A stretch of DNA of 63,130 nucleotides, counting the filler, from Blastocystis sp. subtype 4 (Eukaryota), in NCBI RefSeq assembly GCF_000743755.1. It is 16 parts of 16 records of this genome, joined end to end, with 100 filler letters (N's around TTAATTAATTAA, not from the genome) between each part and the next. Parts side by side here need not be neighbours in the genome. Positions count along the whole stretch, not along the records: positions 47,704 to 50,992 come from NW_014568970.1; positions 51,093 to 54,391 come from NW_014568969.1; positions 54,492 to 59,779 come from NW_014568968.1; positions 59,880 to 63,130 come from NW_014568967.1; 12 more parts are not named here. One strand, given 5' to 3'. Position numbers and translations under genes: made by a program. Under the pieces are notes generated by a model. The model ran no database searches. It was not told where the DNA came from and saw nothing but the letters and a program-made list of their open reading frames with translations. Shown in pieces: positions 48,571 through 60,362 of the stretch; within the stretch, counting starts at the first letter, position 1, and each line of letters begins with the position of its first letter.

Positions 48571-49328
48571 TCAGGCCAGTGGGTTCAGTGAAGAGAAGAG
48601 AATATAGTTGGAGGTGGGAGGGTGAAAAGAGGATGATAGTTAGATGGCTGATATGGTTCATGGAGAAGAAGAAAGAGGTGAAGAATGGAATGAAGAAGAG
48701 AATTGTGATGAAGGAGGTGATGAAGAGGAAGGTGGTGAAGAAGATAGGGAAGTTATTGATTATAAAGAAGAAGAGGAGAAGGGCGGTGATGAAGAAGGCA
48801 TTAGAGAAAGAGATAACGATGAAATTGAAGTTGCTGAGAATGCAGAAGAATACGAAAAGACGCTTGATTCACTCAGAAGAATACTAGTCGCTACTGTCAC
48901 CAACCGGGTCATAAAGACGGAAATGAAGCCCAAGAAGGATGTCACAGAACTGGAAATCCGAGATCGAGTAGGAACTAGAGAAAACATACAAGGTAGATTT
49001 GAAGAGAACTTGATCATCGAACTGAATGGATGAAAATCACGAATCGCAATGTGAAGAAGAATCGAGAAAGAAGGAGAGTAATACAGTCCCTTCAAGAATT
49101 CATTTAGTACATCTTTGTTGTTATATCGTTACCAATCAAAACAATTGATAAGTATATCAACTGACGTCTGAAAAAGGATAACATGATTATTATCATTCTA
49201 CAATCGTGTAGAATGCAAGGGGAATGAACATTTCTTTAGTAAAGAGAAGATAAGAGTGTGATATTACGAATCAATAAATGAATCTCTTCAAATGGTTTCA
49301 ACAGAATCAGTAGTTATCTATTGAATCA

Positions 49329-50708
49329 TGAATTGTCTGGTTTCTGTGTTTTTCTTATTAGTGATTCTGTTCTATTCTTCTATCTATCGTAAACTGCAAG
49401 ACTCCTCANCATTCTCTTCCTTCAATAACGAATCGTCAATCTATTTTCCATCGACATCAATCAGTATTATCCAAACCATTTTTGTTCTTCATTCCCGATT
49501 ATCATGATGGAACAAGATATGATCTGACATCTCAATTAACCTTTATGAATCAATCAGTTATTCTCTCAAGTACAAAGGGTGGAATCAAGAAATGGTTTCC
49601 TCTCAGAATCAATCAAACACAAGAGTATGATCCTTCTTCTTCATCTCCACAAATTGTTGTTCCAAAAGAGAATATGTGGGGTCCTGATGAAGCGATTCAT
49701 GTATGGAATGAATCGATTCTTCAACGAAGCTACTCCAGTATTCTCAACTACAAACCATTTCAACAAGCAGATTGTGTTGTGTGTATGTATTTGCCATCCT
49801 ATTGTCAGTATTATGTTCCATTCAATAAAACAACCATATTCATTCCAGCTCATCGATTCTTCTTGAAGAAATGCAATCAACAAGAATATGATCATCTCTT
49901 CAGAATCATGTTCACGGATTTCCCAAATGTTCATGTGGTTGCTTCTGGATTGTATGATTATGAACACATCTATTACTTCTCTGGAAAGCGAGTTCCAATT
50001 ATTTATTCTACTTCTCTATTTGGGTATAATCAACCTGATTCTTATCATCCTATTCGAGATGACTATCTTGTTGGTCCTTTCAAGAAAGAAGAGATTCCAT
50101 TTGAAAAGGAATTGATGGCAGCATGTAAACGAAACAATATAAAGACTTGTAACTTCACAACAATGATAAAGGCGTTTGGAAAGGGATGGAGCTATGAGAG
50201 TCTATTCCAGTTTAAAGCAGCTATTATCTTTCCTTATGCCACTCTATCATATTTCATGAATGATCTGTTTGCTTCCTGTATTCCGATCTTTGTTCCTTCT
50301 CCAGCATTCTTGTTTGAACTCAAAGTGATGCGAGAAACGTTGGCAAGATCATTCTGTTGGTATGGTACTGGAGATGGTCGTTTCTATTCTGAAATCATCA
50401 CCAATTACACCAAACATCCTTTCAATCCAGAGGATGAATCACGAGAAGCACGTATCTATTGGAATCAATTTTCAACATTCTATTCTCCATCAGTGACAGT
50501 CTTCAACAATTGGGATGATCTCTTTGTGAAGCTTCAAACCACCAATTTGACAGAGAAGTATTTGTTGCGGAAGAACGAAAATGATGCCATTAAGAAGAAC
50601 AATATCAGAGAATGGAAACGGATATTTGGTTTGATTGAAAGGAATCGAGAAATGCCACCATCTTATGAAGAAGCCCTAAAGAGATTTGGAGTGAAATCAT
50701 TCGTTTAG
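49329..50708 (+). CDS. Putative type II membrane glycosyltransferase-like protein
   Basis: N-terminal signal-anchor (LVSVFFLLVILFYSSIY) and a long intronless lumenal domain with FKAAIIFPY...DLFASCIPIFVPSP. Apparent frame slip near the ambiguous base at ~49409. Confidence 0.45.
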
Positions 50709-51599
50709 AATCCTATTGATTGTTTGTTGATATCAGTCTAATTATCAACATTTGAATATAAGAAATACCTGATCTCATACAAGAATTGTTTCAGTTCACC
50801 TTATTTCGATTCTTCAGTAATTCACGCTATTCAAATACAAATTCAATCTCAGTTACATCATACTGTGTTCAAAGAAAAAGAATGGAAGAATGAAAGATGA
50901 GTCATATGATTAGAAGATCAAAACGGGGAAATGGTTAACTGAATAGTGTGACTACTTTGATTATCAATATCACTGAGCATACAAGAGTTTCANNNNNNNN
51001 NNNNNNNNNNNNNNNNNNNNNNNNNNNNNNNNNNNNTTAATTAATTAANNNNNNNNNNNNNNNNNNNNNNNNNNNNNNNNNNNNNNNNNNNNTCCTCTCA
51101 TTTCTCCTTTATCAACATTCAAATTCAACATACAATTCTTATTATCATTCAATACACTCTCTTTCAAGTACTCTTTCCACTTCAGTCTCCAATCTACTTC
51201 ATTCACCTCCAATGATAATCATTCTTTATTACTTACTTTTGTTCTCTTATTATCACTCATTCCCTCATACCTTTGTGTCATTATCATTAACCTGGTGCTA
51301 CGTACTCCAACCACGGGAATCATCGCTATTCTCATATTTCAGTCCATTCCATATATTCGCTGTCTCAATTAATAGCAATGGGAATTCTTTCTTCAAATCA
51401 CTTAAATAGAGAAAGAATCGAATGATTGTTTTAGACTCGATCTTAATCTATTTTAATGAATCTATTCAACATTAAATCATACTTTCTGGTATCTATGTCT
51501 TCTATCTCCATCAATACATCGACAATCAATAAATTATACACAATCCTTTATTATCAACTCACACTGTACAAACTACTGGACGTGCATTCTTTCAGATGT

Positions 51600-53200
51600 A
51601 TAAGATATGAATAATGGCTACAAATAATCAGTTAATTCGATTACAATTCACAAGCCTTATGATAGCAACATGAATAGAATGCTGGATCTCTACTCCACTT
51701 CTGCATCAACCATTAAGCCTTTGAATACTTAGAGGAACATTCATCAAATTGTAGAATACTCCTTTTCTCTCATAAGTCTCCCATTCAAGTGGTATTCCCT
51801 GTGTTGAATTGCCAAAGAAGAACACAAGTCGTCTTATTCGTCACAGTACCTTTCAGACCATATTTGTGATTCACAACCTCACTATCAGTCACTAATTCCT
51901 TTATCTTATTCACAGTATCAATTGATCTGTCATGACATTCATTCACCATTACAACACACTTAGCTGCATCTTCACTGAAATGCTAACAAGTCCTTCAATT
52001 GTTGTTTTGGCTGTTTCACTAGGATCATACCACCTTGAAATGATGTCAAACAACACATCTTTTCCAAATCCTTGAATAGATACAATACAAGGATACCACT
52101 CAATATGAGTTCCTGCTTTTACAGCAAGAATACCAATGATGTTCTTCAATGGTTGAATCCACTTCAAACACTGTTCTTGTGAATATGGACTATCAGGATC
52201 CAATGCTACTTTTCCTAATCCGAATGTGTTCACAAACTCTTCATAATCCTTTCCAATCTCTTCTTTGTACTCTCCATTCATGATATCAGGTCGAATATCC
52301 AAGAAGAGATTGTAGTACTTATCACCACTTGGTTCAGTATATAACCACTTCCTTGGTTTGGTGATATCATCTTTTCTAGAAGCGAATTGAATGATCTTGA
52401 ACAGATACTCACAACTAGCATGAGCCAGTATTCCCTTGAATTCCTGTGGTGAGTAGATGTTCAGTTTCTTGTCAATTGATGTTCTCATTACAATCTTGGC
52501 AACATCAATATCATAGACACAATATCGATTCAGATATTCAATCTGTCTATCAGTTCGATCTCCTTGTTTGAGCTCTGTAAAACATTGATTCAGAAGTACT
52601 CATCAGGAAATTCTATCTCCTCTTTGATAGTATTTCTTGATAACACAGTCAACCCCTCTTGATAATTTCGGTTTGTCAAGGTAGTCTATGATCTTATTGT
52701 GACTGGCTTGCAATAGGTGTTATAGTTAATGACGAAGTCAGGTGGTTGAACACTCTTATCATCGTTTCTAACCATGTTTGATAATTACTACCAAAACCGA
52801 TCATTCAGAACAGCTGCTTAGCGAGATCACGTGATACATGACAACTGTCCTTCACTTCCTTGAGATGTTGATCTCTGTTCATAATGTATTCACCAAGGAA
52901 TAGTCCTTTCGTGATAGCACACATGAAGTTGGGATAAACTTTCACGATAACCAGTTCAATGTATCGTTCAGAGAATAATGCAGCTTGAATCTCTCTCATG
53001 AAGTGATAAGCATCATAGACAACTAACCCATCACCGTCAGCATACCTACGATACAATCCGAACCTATCGACATTTCCTGATTTGTACACTATCTTGACAG
53101 TACCATTAAAACCACTTTCAAGATACTTGAAGTAAGCTTGAGGATTGAAGTTGATACATCATCTAAAAGTGTTATTACGACATAAACTATATAACCTGAT
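51600..53200 (-). mobile_element. Decayed PolA-like (TVpol) domain fused to a superfamily 3 (D5-like) helicase; Polinton-like/virophage-type replication gene
   Basis: N-terminal part: GTVKIVY...GLYRRYA...MREIQAALF..RYIELVIVKVYPNFM...YIMNRDQHL...VSRDLAKQLF*MIGFG. C-terminal part: Walker A SIQGFGKD, Walker B CVVMVNE, then KIKELVTD...NHKYG and motif C VFFFGN, read across frameshifts. No introns. Confidence 0.75.
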
Positions 53201-53514
53201 AGAAATTACTTGCATAAAAAGAAGAATTCATTTTGCTGACCGTGTATGAACAGTTATCATAATCTATAGAATTGGATCAATAAGTTGTATTACACACTTT
53301 AGATCGTATTATATTGAAAATCAAGATTATAACGGTGTATGAATGGTTATCTTGAAACAGTAGCTAAATCTCATCTGTTCTATTTGAATTATTCTTAGAT
53401 AGACTTGTAAACTCTCTACGTATACACAGGGTGATTTTGTGTATCAAAATGGAGGGGTTATTCACAACTGGTGACAACAACTCTTTTCTGAACAAACAGA
53501 ATTGGTGGAATCCA

Positions 53515-54391
53515 TTAATAACCACTGAAGGCCTTAGGATTAGCGTTGCAAATGTTAGCAAACACCTTGAAGTACTTAAGAGCGTAGTCACTGTAGCCCA
53601 TAGTTGAGGTGAACTGCTCAATAGCACTCTTGTAGCAGTTCACATTCTTCACACCACTTACATCCTGATACATTCTAGGCTCTGTGGTGAGGGAGGCAAA
53701 GTACTTGTCAATAGCCTTTCTGTTAGCAACTTCCTCCTCATAAGCAGCTCTCCATTTCTTCTGTTCCTTTCCAGTAGTATGGTCAGCCATGAAGAGACGG
53801 AACAACATCTCGTTATCACGAGAATCCCAAGTCTCAAAGGACATCTGATGTTCAACAGCAGTCTTCTTGGGATAACCAATGTACTCTCCAATAACATCAT
53901 TCATGAAGGACTGATCACCATAAATGCTAACATGACTCTTAGTCACTCCACTAACAAGGCGATGGAACTGCTCATCAAGAGTTTCGGTCTCTTCCTCACC
54001 CTTATCAGCATCCTCCATCCAGTACACAGAGAACTCATCTCCCAAACAGGTACCCAGCATCTTACCCTTGACAACAGACTCCGAACCACAATACCAACCC
54101 CAGCTCGACTCCTTATCATTGGCAGCAGTAATGGCAACAACATTCAGATCCTCAGGAAGGTTCAAGAACATGGATCCAGAGTAGCAAGCCTCAATATAGA
54201 GAACAAACTTCTTGTACATCTTCTTATCGTGCATTGTCTGAATAGCATTCAGAAGATCCTTGCTATGGAGATAGCCACCAGGCATGGCAAGAATATCTGC
54301 ACCACCATGATCCGAGAAGAACAGGAACACATTATCCTCTTCAGTCGACTTGAGAACCTTCTTTCCAGTGCTTTCATCTCCAGTCAAAACC
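53515..54391 (-). CDS. Legumain (asparaginyl endopeptidase, C13), 5' truncated
   Basis: Catalytic dyad motifs FLFFSDHGG and YIEACYSGSMF, plus ESSWGWYC and TCLGDEFSVYWMED. Confidence 0.93.
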
Positions 54392-54491
54392 NNNNNNNNN
54401 NNNNNNNNNNNNNNNNNNNNNNNNNNNNNNNNNNNTTAATTAATTAANNNNNNNNNNNNNNNNNNNNNNNNNNNNNNNNNNNNNNNNNNNN

Positions 54492-57400
54492 TTGTCATTT
54501 TTCCGCTTCTTTTTGTTATGTTATCAGTTTATTCCTGTTTCTCTATATGTGACATTGTCTCTTGTATATACCATGCAAGCTATTTTCATGCAGAATGATT
54601 TGAAATTGTGAAGAATGATGAGATTGATTGAGAGAATAGATATGATGAGGTGAATGATGAACCAATGCGAGTTCGGACATCTACACTGAATGATGATTTG
54701 GGTCAAGTGGGTTATATCTTCACAGACAAGACAGGTACGCTAACAGCCAATCTGATGCAGTTCAGAAAATGTTTGGTAGATGGAGTATCGTATGGAGTTG
54801 GTGATAGTGATATTGGTCGATCAGTAAAGGGCAAGCAAGATGGTTGGTATGAGAGAGAAGAATGATGGATAGAAGTAAAAGTGGTTACAGAGCGATCACC
54901 TCCTCGGAAAGGAATCTTCCGTTACAGCAATTATCAGGATGGAAGTGAATCTCATCCAGGTCGAATGCTCCTCAGGGATATTCGAGGTAACGATGATCAT
55001 GCTGAAGTGAGATTGAGAAGAGAAGAGTGAGGACTAGAAACTGATTGACTTTTTCATTCATATGGCAATCAATCATACTGTGATACTTGAAGAGAAAGAG
55101 GATGGTACGATTGGATTGAATGCTTCGTCTCCTGATGAACAAGCATTTGTAGCCGGATCGTATATTGCTGGTGTACAATTCTTAGGAATGGATTATGAAA
55201 CCAATCTCATTAAACTGAATGTGTTGGGTTTGAATTGAAACAATGAATGAGAATTAGGTCAGATTGTGGAACTTCGAGTTCTTCATATCATTCCATATGA
55301 GTCTTCTCGTAAGAGAATGTCAGTGATTGTAGAGATGCCAGATGGATCAATTCGACTGTATTGCAAAGTGAGAGATGAGAAGATGAATCAGACTGTAGGG
55401 TGCTGACAGTATCATGTTGGAACTACATGATCCTTCTGCAAATAACCCTCGTTTTGTGGAATCGATTGCTTGTCAGGTTGGATCATGGGCTGAAGAAGCA
55501 TTCCGTACCATGGTATTTGGATACAAGATGCTGAGTCCAGAGGCTTTCTATTCATGGATGAATGATTATGAAGCAGCCAGTGAAGATCCAGTTCAGAAGG
55601 AGTTACGTCGTCAGAAGAAACCGAATCAAATTGACCAGCTCCAGTTCAATGTGGAAAATGGTCTGATTCTCCAGGGAGCTACAGCTATTGAAGACAGTCT
55701 GCAGGAAGGAGTTCCTGAGGCACTAGCTCAGTTGACTGATGCTGGTATTCATGTGTGGATGATCACTGGAGACAAGGTTGGTACAGCCAAGAACATTGCT
55801 GTAGCTTGTAATCTAGTGAAGCTTCCAGATATGAAACTGATCGAGTTCACAAAGGAAGCAGTGGATCAGACATTGTTGAGTAAGGGAGCACATGCTGAAG
55901 ATTTGACAGATAAAATATCACCGTAACAATGATGCGATGTATGTGAAGGATAGATCAGTCATTCAAGATGTCGAATGGAAGATGATTGAAGCAGAGAAAG
56001 AAGGAGATTTGGAGAAGGCAAATCGGATTCTGGGTGAACTTGAGCGAACTCATCCAGGCTTGTTAGCAACAAGAATGCATTGTGAAGTGAGTGTGAAGAA
56101 GAAGGATTAGAACTAGGCATTGGCAGCCAGTCTTCTGAATAACTCTGGTGAGTTCCAGTCAGTTCCAATGGCTCTTATAATTGATGAACTGTTTATCGAT
56201 TTCCTCGCTCTCTCTTGCCGACAAGCTGTATCATTCATCCTATTCTCTCATATCTAGTTCCTTGTCGTTGCACAATCTTGTCGTGCTGTGATTGCATGTC
56301 GAGCACGTAAAGATCAGAAGGCAAAGCTTACTCGTTTGGTTCGAAAAGGCAATCGAGAGGTGGTCACTCTAGCAATTGGTGATGGTGCCAATGATGTAGA
56401 AATGATTCGTACAGCTCATATTGGAGTTGGTGTTATTGGTAAGGAAGGTACTCAAGCTGTGAATAACGCTGATTATGCTATTGGTCAGTTCCGATTCCTA
56501 ACACGTCTTATTCTGATTTATGGTCATAGGAATTATCGAGGGATCACATTAGCTTCATTACTCATATTTTATAAGAATATTCTCTTTACTCTGATTCAAT
56601 ATCTCTATACATTCATATGTGGTTTCTCAGGTACTCGAAATCAATCATTTATTGCTGTTATGTTATACAATACGCTCTTTACTGCATTTGGACCTTTTTC
56701 TGTAGCTGTGTTTGATCGTGATCTTTCTGATGCTAATTGTTATCGTTTCCCTCAGATTCATAGACAAGGAATGGAACATCAGTTTTTCAGTGTGAAATTA
56801 TTTGTTTTGATGTTTCTCAAGGCTATTTGGGAATCATCAGTTATTTCGTTTATTTCGTATTATTGCTGTTTGTATGTGGATTATGGTGGTGGTACAGTTG
56901 AAATGTACTTATATGGAATGATTACTGTCACAGCAACAATACTTGTGGCTAATGTTACAGCCTCGTTATTTCAGGATTCATCTTCATTTATCTCAATAGC
57001 AGGATTCTGGTTATTCTTTTTAATGTGGCCAATTGGAGTTGCTTTGACTTCTCAATTCCGAACTCTCATGCCATATTACTATAAGTATATTGATGCTTTG
57101 ATGGATACACCGGCTACGTATCTCATTATTCTTATCTCTGTTACCATTGCAATTCTTCCTTCTTTGATTATGAAAGCTATCATGTTTAACAGAAGGCCTA
57201 ATCTCACAGAAATCATTCAAAATATGCAAGAGCAGAATGTAGACACAGGTGTGTTGAAAGAGATTCTTGAAGAGATTGAACGAAAACGGACGATTATGAA
57301 GGAACTAGTTACATTGAAGGTTCTACCAAATGAAGCAAAGATGCCTCAGTTAATGACCAATGCTGAAATGGAAGAGGAAGTGGAAGAAGAGAATGAGAGT

Positions 57401-57619
57401 TCTATAGATGGTCTGTCACCTCATGTGGCTCGTAAGATGAATGTGCAAATGTCTATTCGTTCGATTGCTGGAATAAGAGCTCTTCGAGTATGCGAACAAC
57501 TGCATGGTCCCTATGATCAGATGTCTGTCGATATAGAATCTCAGAATGCACTTATTGAGATGATCAATAGTCATGATTGGCGAGTTGGTAAACGACACGG
57601 ACTCATTAATGTATTTTAG
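54492..57619 (+). CDS. P4-type ATPase (phospholipid flippase), multi-exon, 5' truncated
   Basis: [58 protein letters not shown] and [11 protein letters not shown]. Confidence 0.95.
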
Positions 57620-57656
57620 AATATCATGTTTCTGACAAACAATGAGTTAAATACAC

Positions 57657-58424
57657 CTATTGTACAGTGGACTTGTCCATCAATCCTCGACAATTGGGAC
57701 AGTACCAAGAACCTTCAGGAATCGTATCCAGACCGACACAATGCAGATGGAACCATTTGATCGTGCAGTTGTCATTATCACATCCTATCATCTCTCCATA
57801 TGAAGGCTACACATAAAAACGAACAAGAAACAGTACCTGACCACAAATGCAATAGGTCTGAGGTTCTTCAACCATGGGAGTCTCTGGAGGAGTGAGAACG
57901 ATGTCTTCCTTATGCTTCTTCTTTGAACTCTTAGCCTCTATAGATTTCGATATATCTGCTTGCGTAGCTTCCATAGCCTTTCGTTCTTCACTATACTTAT
58001 CGACTTTGCCGGAAAGCCGCTCAATGGCATTGTCCATCAGCCGCATCATTCTCTGCGAAAGTTGGACCTTTTCTTCCGATAGAGCAATCGCCTGATCCGT
58101 CTTATTCTTGAGTGTGAGAAATAGAGGATCTCTTGCGAGGAGTTCATCGACATTATCAATATCTATATGTTAATAGAGAACAAATGAAAATACTGCTAGC
58201 TTTAACCCGGGTTTCTGCAGATTCTAAGAGTTCAGATTTGAGATTCTCTATATCGCTCATAAGAGAAGTGAATTTCTAAGAAAAAAACTTCCAATAAAAT
58301 AAACTTCGTCCAATTCCTTGATTAACTCTAAATCCCTTCGAATCTCCTTCGATTCCTCTCCAATCTTTTCCATATACTCTTCTAAGAAAGTACTAAGATT
58401 GTCTGCGATATCTCCTCCGTTCAT
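57657..58424 (-). CDS. ING-family PHD-finger protein, multi-exon
   Basis: N-terminal ING helical region (LSEEKVQLS) and C-terminal [31 protein letters not shown]...WYCPNC. Confidence 0.9.
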
Positions 58425-58561
58425 TACAAAGGTTTTGGATTAGAAGATGACTTAGTTCTAACCGAATGATTGGATCATTTTATTGGTGCTTCCATCCATT
58501 TCATATCCTCTGATTGTGTGGTATTAATAATTCTTTGGTTCATATCTTCCTTACCTCAGCA

Positions 58562-59531
58562 ATGAGTGAAAATAAGGTTATTGTAGTTAGTATGCGTTTC
58601 TTTATCAAGTCGACGATTAGATCTGCCTTACTCAGTTGACAATGACGCTCTTTATGATCACTTCAAGGAGTGTGGAGGCATTACTGAGAGCACCGTAGTA
58701 TTTGTTGCATTATTTGACAGTTAGGTTCTGACGGATCGTAAGACTGGTAAGTCTCGTGGCTTCGGATTCGTTACTTTCACAACTGAGGCTGGAATGAACA
58801 GTGCTATTGAGCTTAATGGTTCTGTAGTTGATGTTTGCAGTTCTTAGGAATAGGATTGGGAAGGCCGTTCAATCAAGGTGGAGAAGGCGGGAGAAAAGCC
58901 AAAGCAAGATAGAAACAATCGTAAGGAGCGTTTCAACAAGAAGGAACGTCCTCAGAGAGAACCACGTGAACACAAGGAGTACATTGATACCAACAAGATT
59001 ATGGTAAATCGATTATCATGGGGAACCTCTTCTGAGGGTTTGAGAGAGGCTTTTGCAAAGTTTGGAGACATCGAAGAGTGTCTGGTATTGACTGATCGTC
59101 AAACTGGAAAGAGTCGTGGTATGGGTATTGTCCGTTTTGCAACGGAAGAGTCTATGAACAAGGCTATTGAGGAGATGAATAATACTGTATGGATAGTGAT
59201 TGGATAGTGATTGTAGGAGTTGGATGGACGTACGATTACGGTTCGTCAGTTCCTTCCTAAGGGACAAATGGAGAAGAAGGATGATCTGAATGCTCCTGTT
59301 GTTAACAAATCTGTGACTTTTGAAGAGGAAGAAAAGGAGGAAGAGGAAGAGGAGGAAGAGGAAGAAAAAGAGGAGGAGAAGGAAGAAGAGGTGAAGGAGG
59401 AGGAAGAGGAAGAAAAGAAGGAAGAAGTGATGGAAGAGGAAAAGGAAGAGGTGAAGGAAAAGAAACCTACAGAGAAGAAGCAAAAGAAGGAGAAGAAGCA
59501 GAAGAAAGAGAAGAAGGCGAAGAAGGAGTAA
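58562..59531 (+). CDS. Two-RRM RNA-binding protein with acidic and Lys-rich tail, multi-exon
   Basis: DRKTGKSRGFGFVTF and DRQTGKSRGMGIVRF RNP1 motifs, a poly-Glu tract and a KKEKK tail. Confidence 0.88.
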
Positions 59532-59671
59532 ACTCCTCTTCGATCATACTTTTGTTTTATCATTTATCGTCCCTTGATTGCTGCTTTGTGATCTTTTCTG
59601 TTTGTTAAAATATCTTGAAGGTCCTACAAGTGGATTACTCTGTTTCCACATTCTCACACAATTCAGATTCA

Positions 59672-59779
59672 ATGTTCAGCGCTTCCAGAAACGTGTTCCA
59701 GCGTGTCTCCCGGATGGCCATGAGAAGTGGTGTCTCTCAAATGAACATGGCTACCACTGCTTCTAAAACCTATAACAAA
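59672..59779 (+). CDS. N-terminus of a probable organelle-targeted protein (truncated)
   Basis: MFSASRNVFQRVSRMAMRSG is an Arg/Ser-rich, acid-free, presequence-like peptide. The mature part is cut off. Confidence 0.45.
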
Positions 59780-59879
59780 NNNNNNNNNNNNNNNNNNNNN
59801 NNNNNNNNNNNNNNNNNNNNNNNTTAATTAATTAANNNNNNNNNNNNNNNNNNNNNNNNNNNNNNNNNNNNNNNNNNNN

Positions 59880-60113
59880 CCACTGTCTTGATTCCCATAC
59901 GCTTAGCTGTCTTGAACACACGACAAGCGATTTCTCCACGATTAGCAACCAGAATCTTCTTAAAGGGAAGTTCCGCTACTCATCACTCTTTTCCTTCTCA
60001 TTCACTTACCCTCAGTACCAAAACTTCTCGCTATATGGGAAACCTAGAACATAACTCAAATCCATCCCCAATCACATACACTACGAATTCCAGCGAATGA
60101 ACGTCCGAACATT
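59880..60113 (-). CDS. Biotin carboxylase N-terminus (propionyl-/methylcrotonyl-CoA carboxylase alpha-like) with presequence, truncated
   Basis: [29 protein letters not shown], with upstream short exons starting [10 protein letters not shown]. Confidence 0.85.
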
Positions 60114-60362
60114 GTCTAATGGATATGAAAGGATGATTCTTTGAGTGGTTTGATCAATTGTGGAAACGTCGAAATGTGAAGGAGTTTCATTGATGATGAA
60201 AGGACAAAGAAACAATAATATTCAATTGCGACAACAACCGAATAGACATGAATTCCCAAAGAGTGTATCAGGCCTATACTGTTATAGGATGATCTTCATC
60301 CATCATATCTGAATTGAGTAAAACTGATCACTTGAAGTGATTCTAACAAACACCCTCAGTAA

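Noticed and set aside
59016..59563. Phe/Leu/Ser-rich minus-strand ORFs as membrane proteins
   Set aside because: They are the reverse complement of the GAA/GAG-rich acidic tail of the RRM gene.
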